Shown piece after piece: positions 63,398 to 64,000 of a stretch of 64,000 bases of DNA (positions are counted from its first letter, which is position 1; every line of letters starts with the position of its first letter). The stretch spans positions 2,027 to 66,026 of the forward strand of contig DASTTX010000102.1 in assembly GCA_035759945.1 (NCBI GenBank). Reading direction: 5' to 3'. Source of the DNA: Candidatus Limnocylindria bacterium (GTDB taxonomy: Bacteria; Chloroflexota; Limnocylindria; QHBO01). The notes below the pieces were generated by a model, which worked only from the letters and a program-made list of their open reading frames with translations, was not told the DNA's origin and did no database searches. The translations under genes and the position numbers were made by a program.

Positions 63398-64000
63398 TGA
63401 GCGACCAAGCCCGGCCCCTGACCGTCGCCGAGTACGAGCCGCTGGCGCGAGCGCGCGTCGAGCCGGGCGCATGGGACTACCAGGCCGGCGGAGCTGGCGA
63501 CGAGCTAAGCCTCGCGGACAACGTCGCCGCCTGGAACCGGATCAAGCTGCGGCCGCGGGTGCTCGTCGATGTCTCGTCACGCGACCTGCGCACGTCGGCC
63601 TTCGGCGTCGCGCTCGACCATCCCGTCATCGTGGCGCCAACGGCGGCCCACCAGCTGTCGCACGCCGATGCGGAGCGGGGCTCGGCCCGGGGCGCGGCCG
63701 CGGCCGACGCGCTGTTCACGCTGTCGACCATCTCATCGGTGCCGATGGAGGAGGTCGCTGCAGCCGCTCCGGGAGGGCCGCGCTGGTTTCAGCTGTACGC
63801 ACCGATCGACCGGGGTGCCTGCCGGGCGCTCATCGATCGGGCTGTTGAGGCCGGGTATGGAGCTCTGGCGGTGACCGTGGACCTGCCGCTGCCCGGCAAC
63901 CGCGAACGCGACGTGCGCAATGCGTTCGAGCTGGACCTCGGGGTCCACCTCCCTGCGGACCAGGCCGTCGATCCGGACACCGGCATCGTGGTGCTGCCGA
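63398..64000 (+). CDS. FMN-dependent alpha-hydroxy-acid dehydrogenase (L-lactate dehydrogenase/glycolate oxidase family), 5' part only; continues beyond the window
   Basis: Translation MSDQARPLTVAEYEPLARARVEPGAWDYQAGGAGDELSLADNVAAWNRIKLRPRVL... matches the N-terminus of the FMN_dh family. Not in the ORF track because it runs off the window end. Confidence 0.55.

Noticed and set aside
1-64000. Search for CRISPR arrays, IS elements, integrases and rRNA
   Set aside because: I noticed no regularly spaced direct repeats, no transposase/integrase-like ORFs and no rRNA-like stretches. The only RNA genes supported are tRNA-Glu and the TPP riboswitch.

Overview
Window summary: a 64 kb stretch of high-GC (about 70%) bacterial chromosome, densely coding on both strands, with many genes linked by ATGA/TGATG stop-start overlaps. 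The provided ORF track appears to accept GTG/TTG starts and writes them as M, so several starts are approximate. Main content, in order: (1) ccmA-B-C-D, the System I cytochrome c heme-export genes, with ccmD cut off by the window edge. (2) Two tandem blue-copper (cupredoxin) lipoproteins. (3) An HxlR regulator, a GAF/fRMsr protein, and an ECF sigma factor translationally coupled to an anti-sigma-like protein with a C-terminal Rieske domain. (4) A translationally coupled aminotransferase and transketolase-like pair. (5) A cytochrome b6c-type bc complex operon (split cytochrome b6 and subunit IV, Tat-Rieske, diheme cytochrome c) whose first gene is a glutamate-synthase-beta-like NAD(P)H/FAD/Fe-S oxidoreductase. 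(6) A tight PBP / PIG-L / SbcC-like / SbcD-like operon. (7) A peroxiredoxin gene followed by three overlapping micro-ORFs, two of them lmo0937-type. (8) A TPP riboswitch (read directly from the sequence) in front of a thiamine pyrophosphokinase and ECF transporter operon. (9) A large HTH-GAF-GGDEF-HD signalling protein. (10) A WYL regulator, CYTH protein and O-antigen-ligase/TPR cluster. (11) A Ku gene followed by a ligase-like ORF in which the catalytic lysines are substituted, with a canonical ATP-dependent DNA ligase further along. (12) tRNA-Glu, SugE, galU, a PASTA Ser/Thr kinase, trxA, folC-folP-folB, htrA with a two-component system, ribosomal protein L25/Ctc, and an LCP protein. I saw no CRISPR array, rRNA or obvious transposase. 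The most noteworthy candidates are the NAD(P)H-oxidoreductase-linked bc complex, the Ku plus pseudo-ligase pair, and the sigma/anti-sigma-Rieske module.
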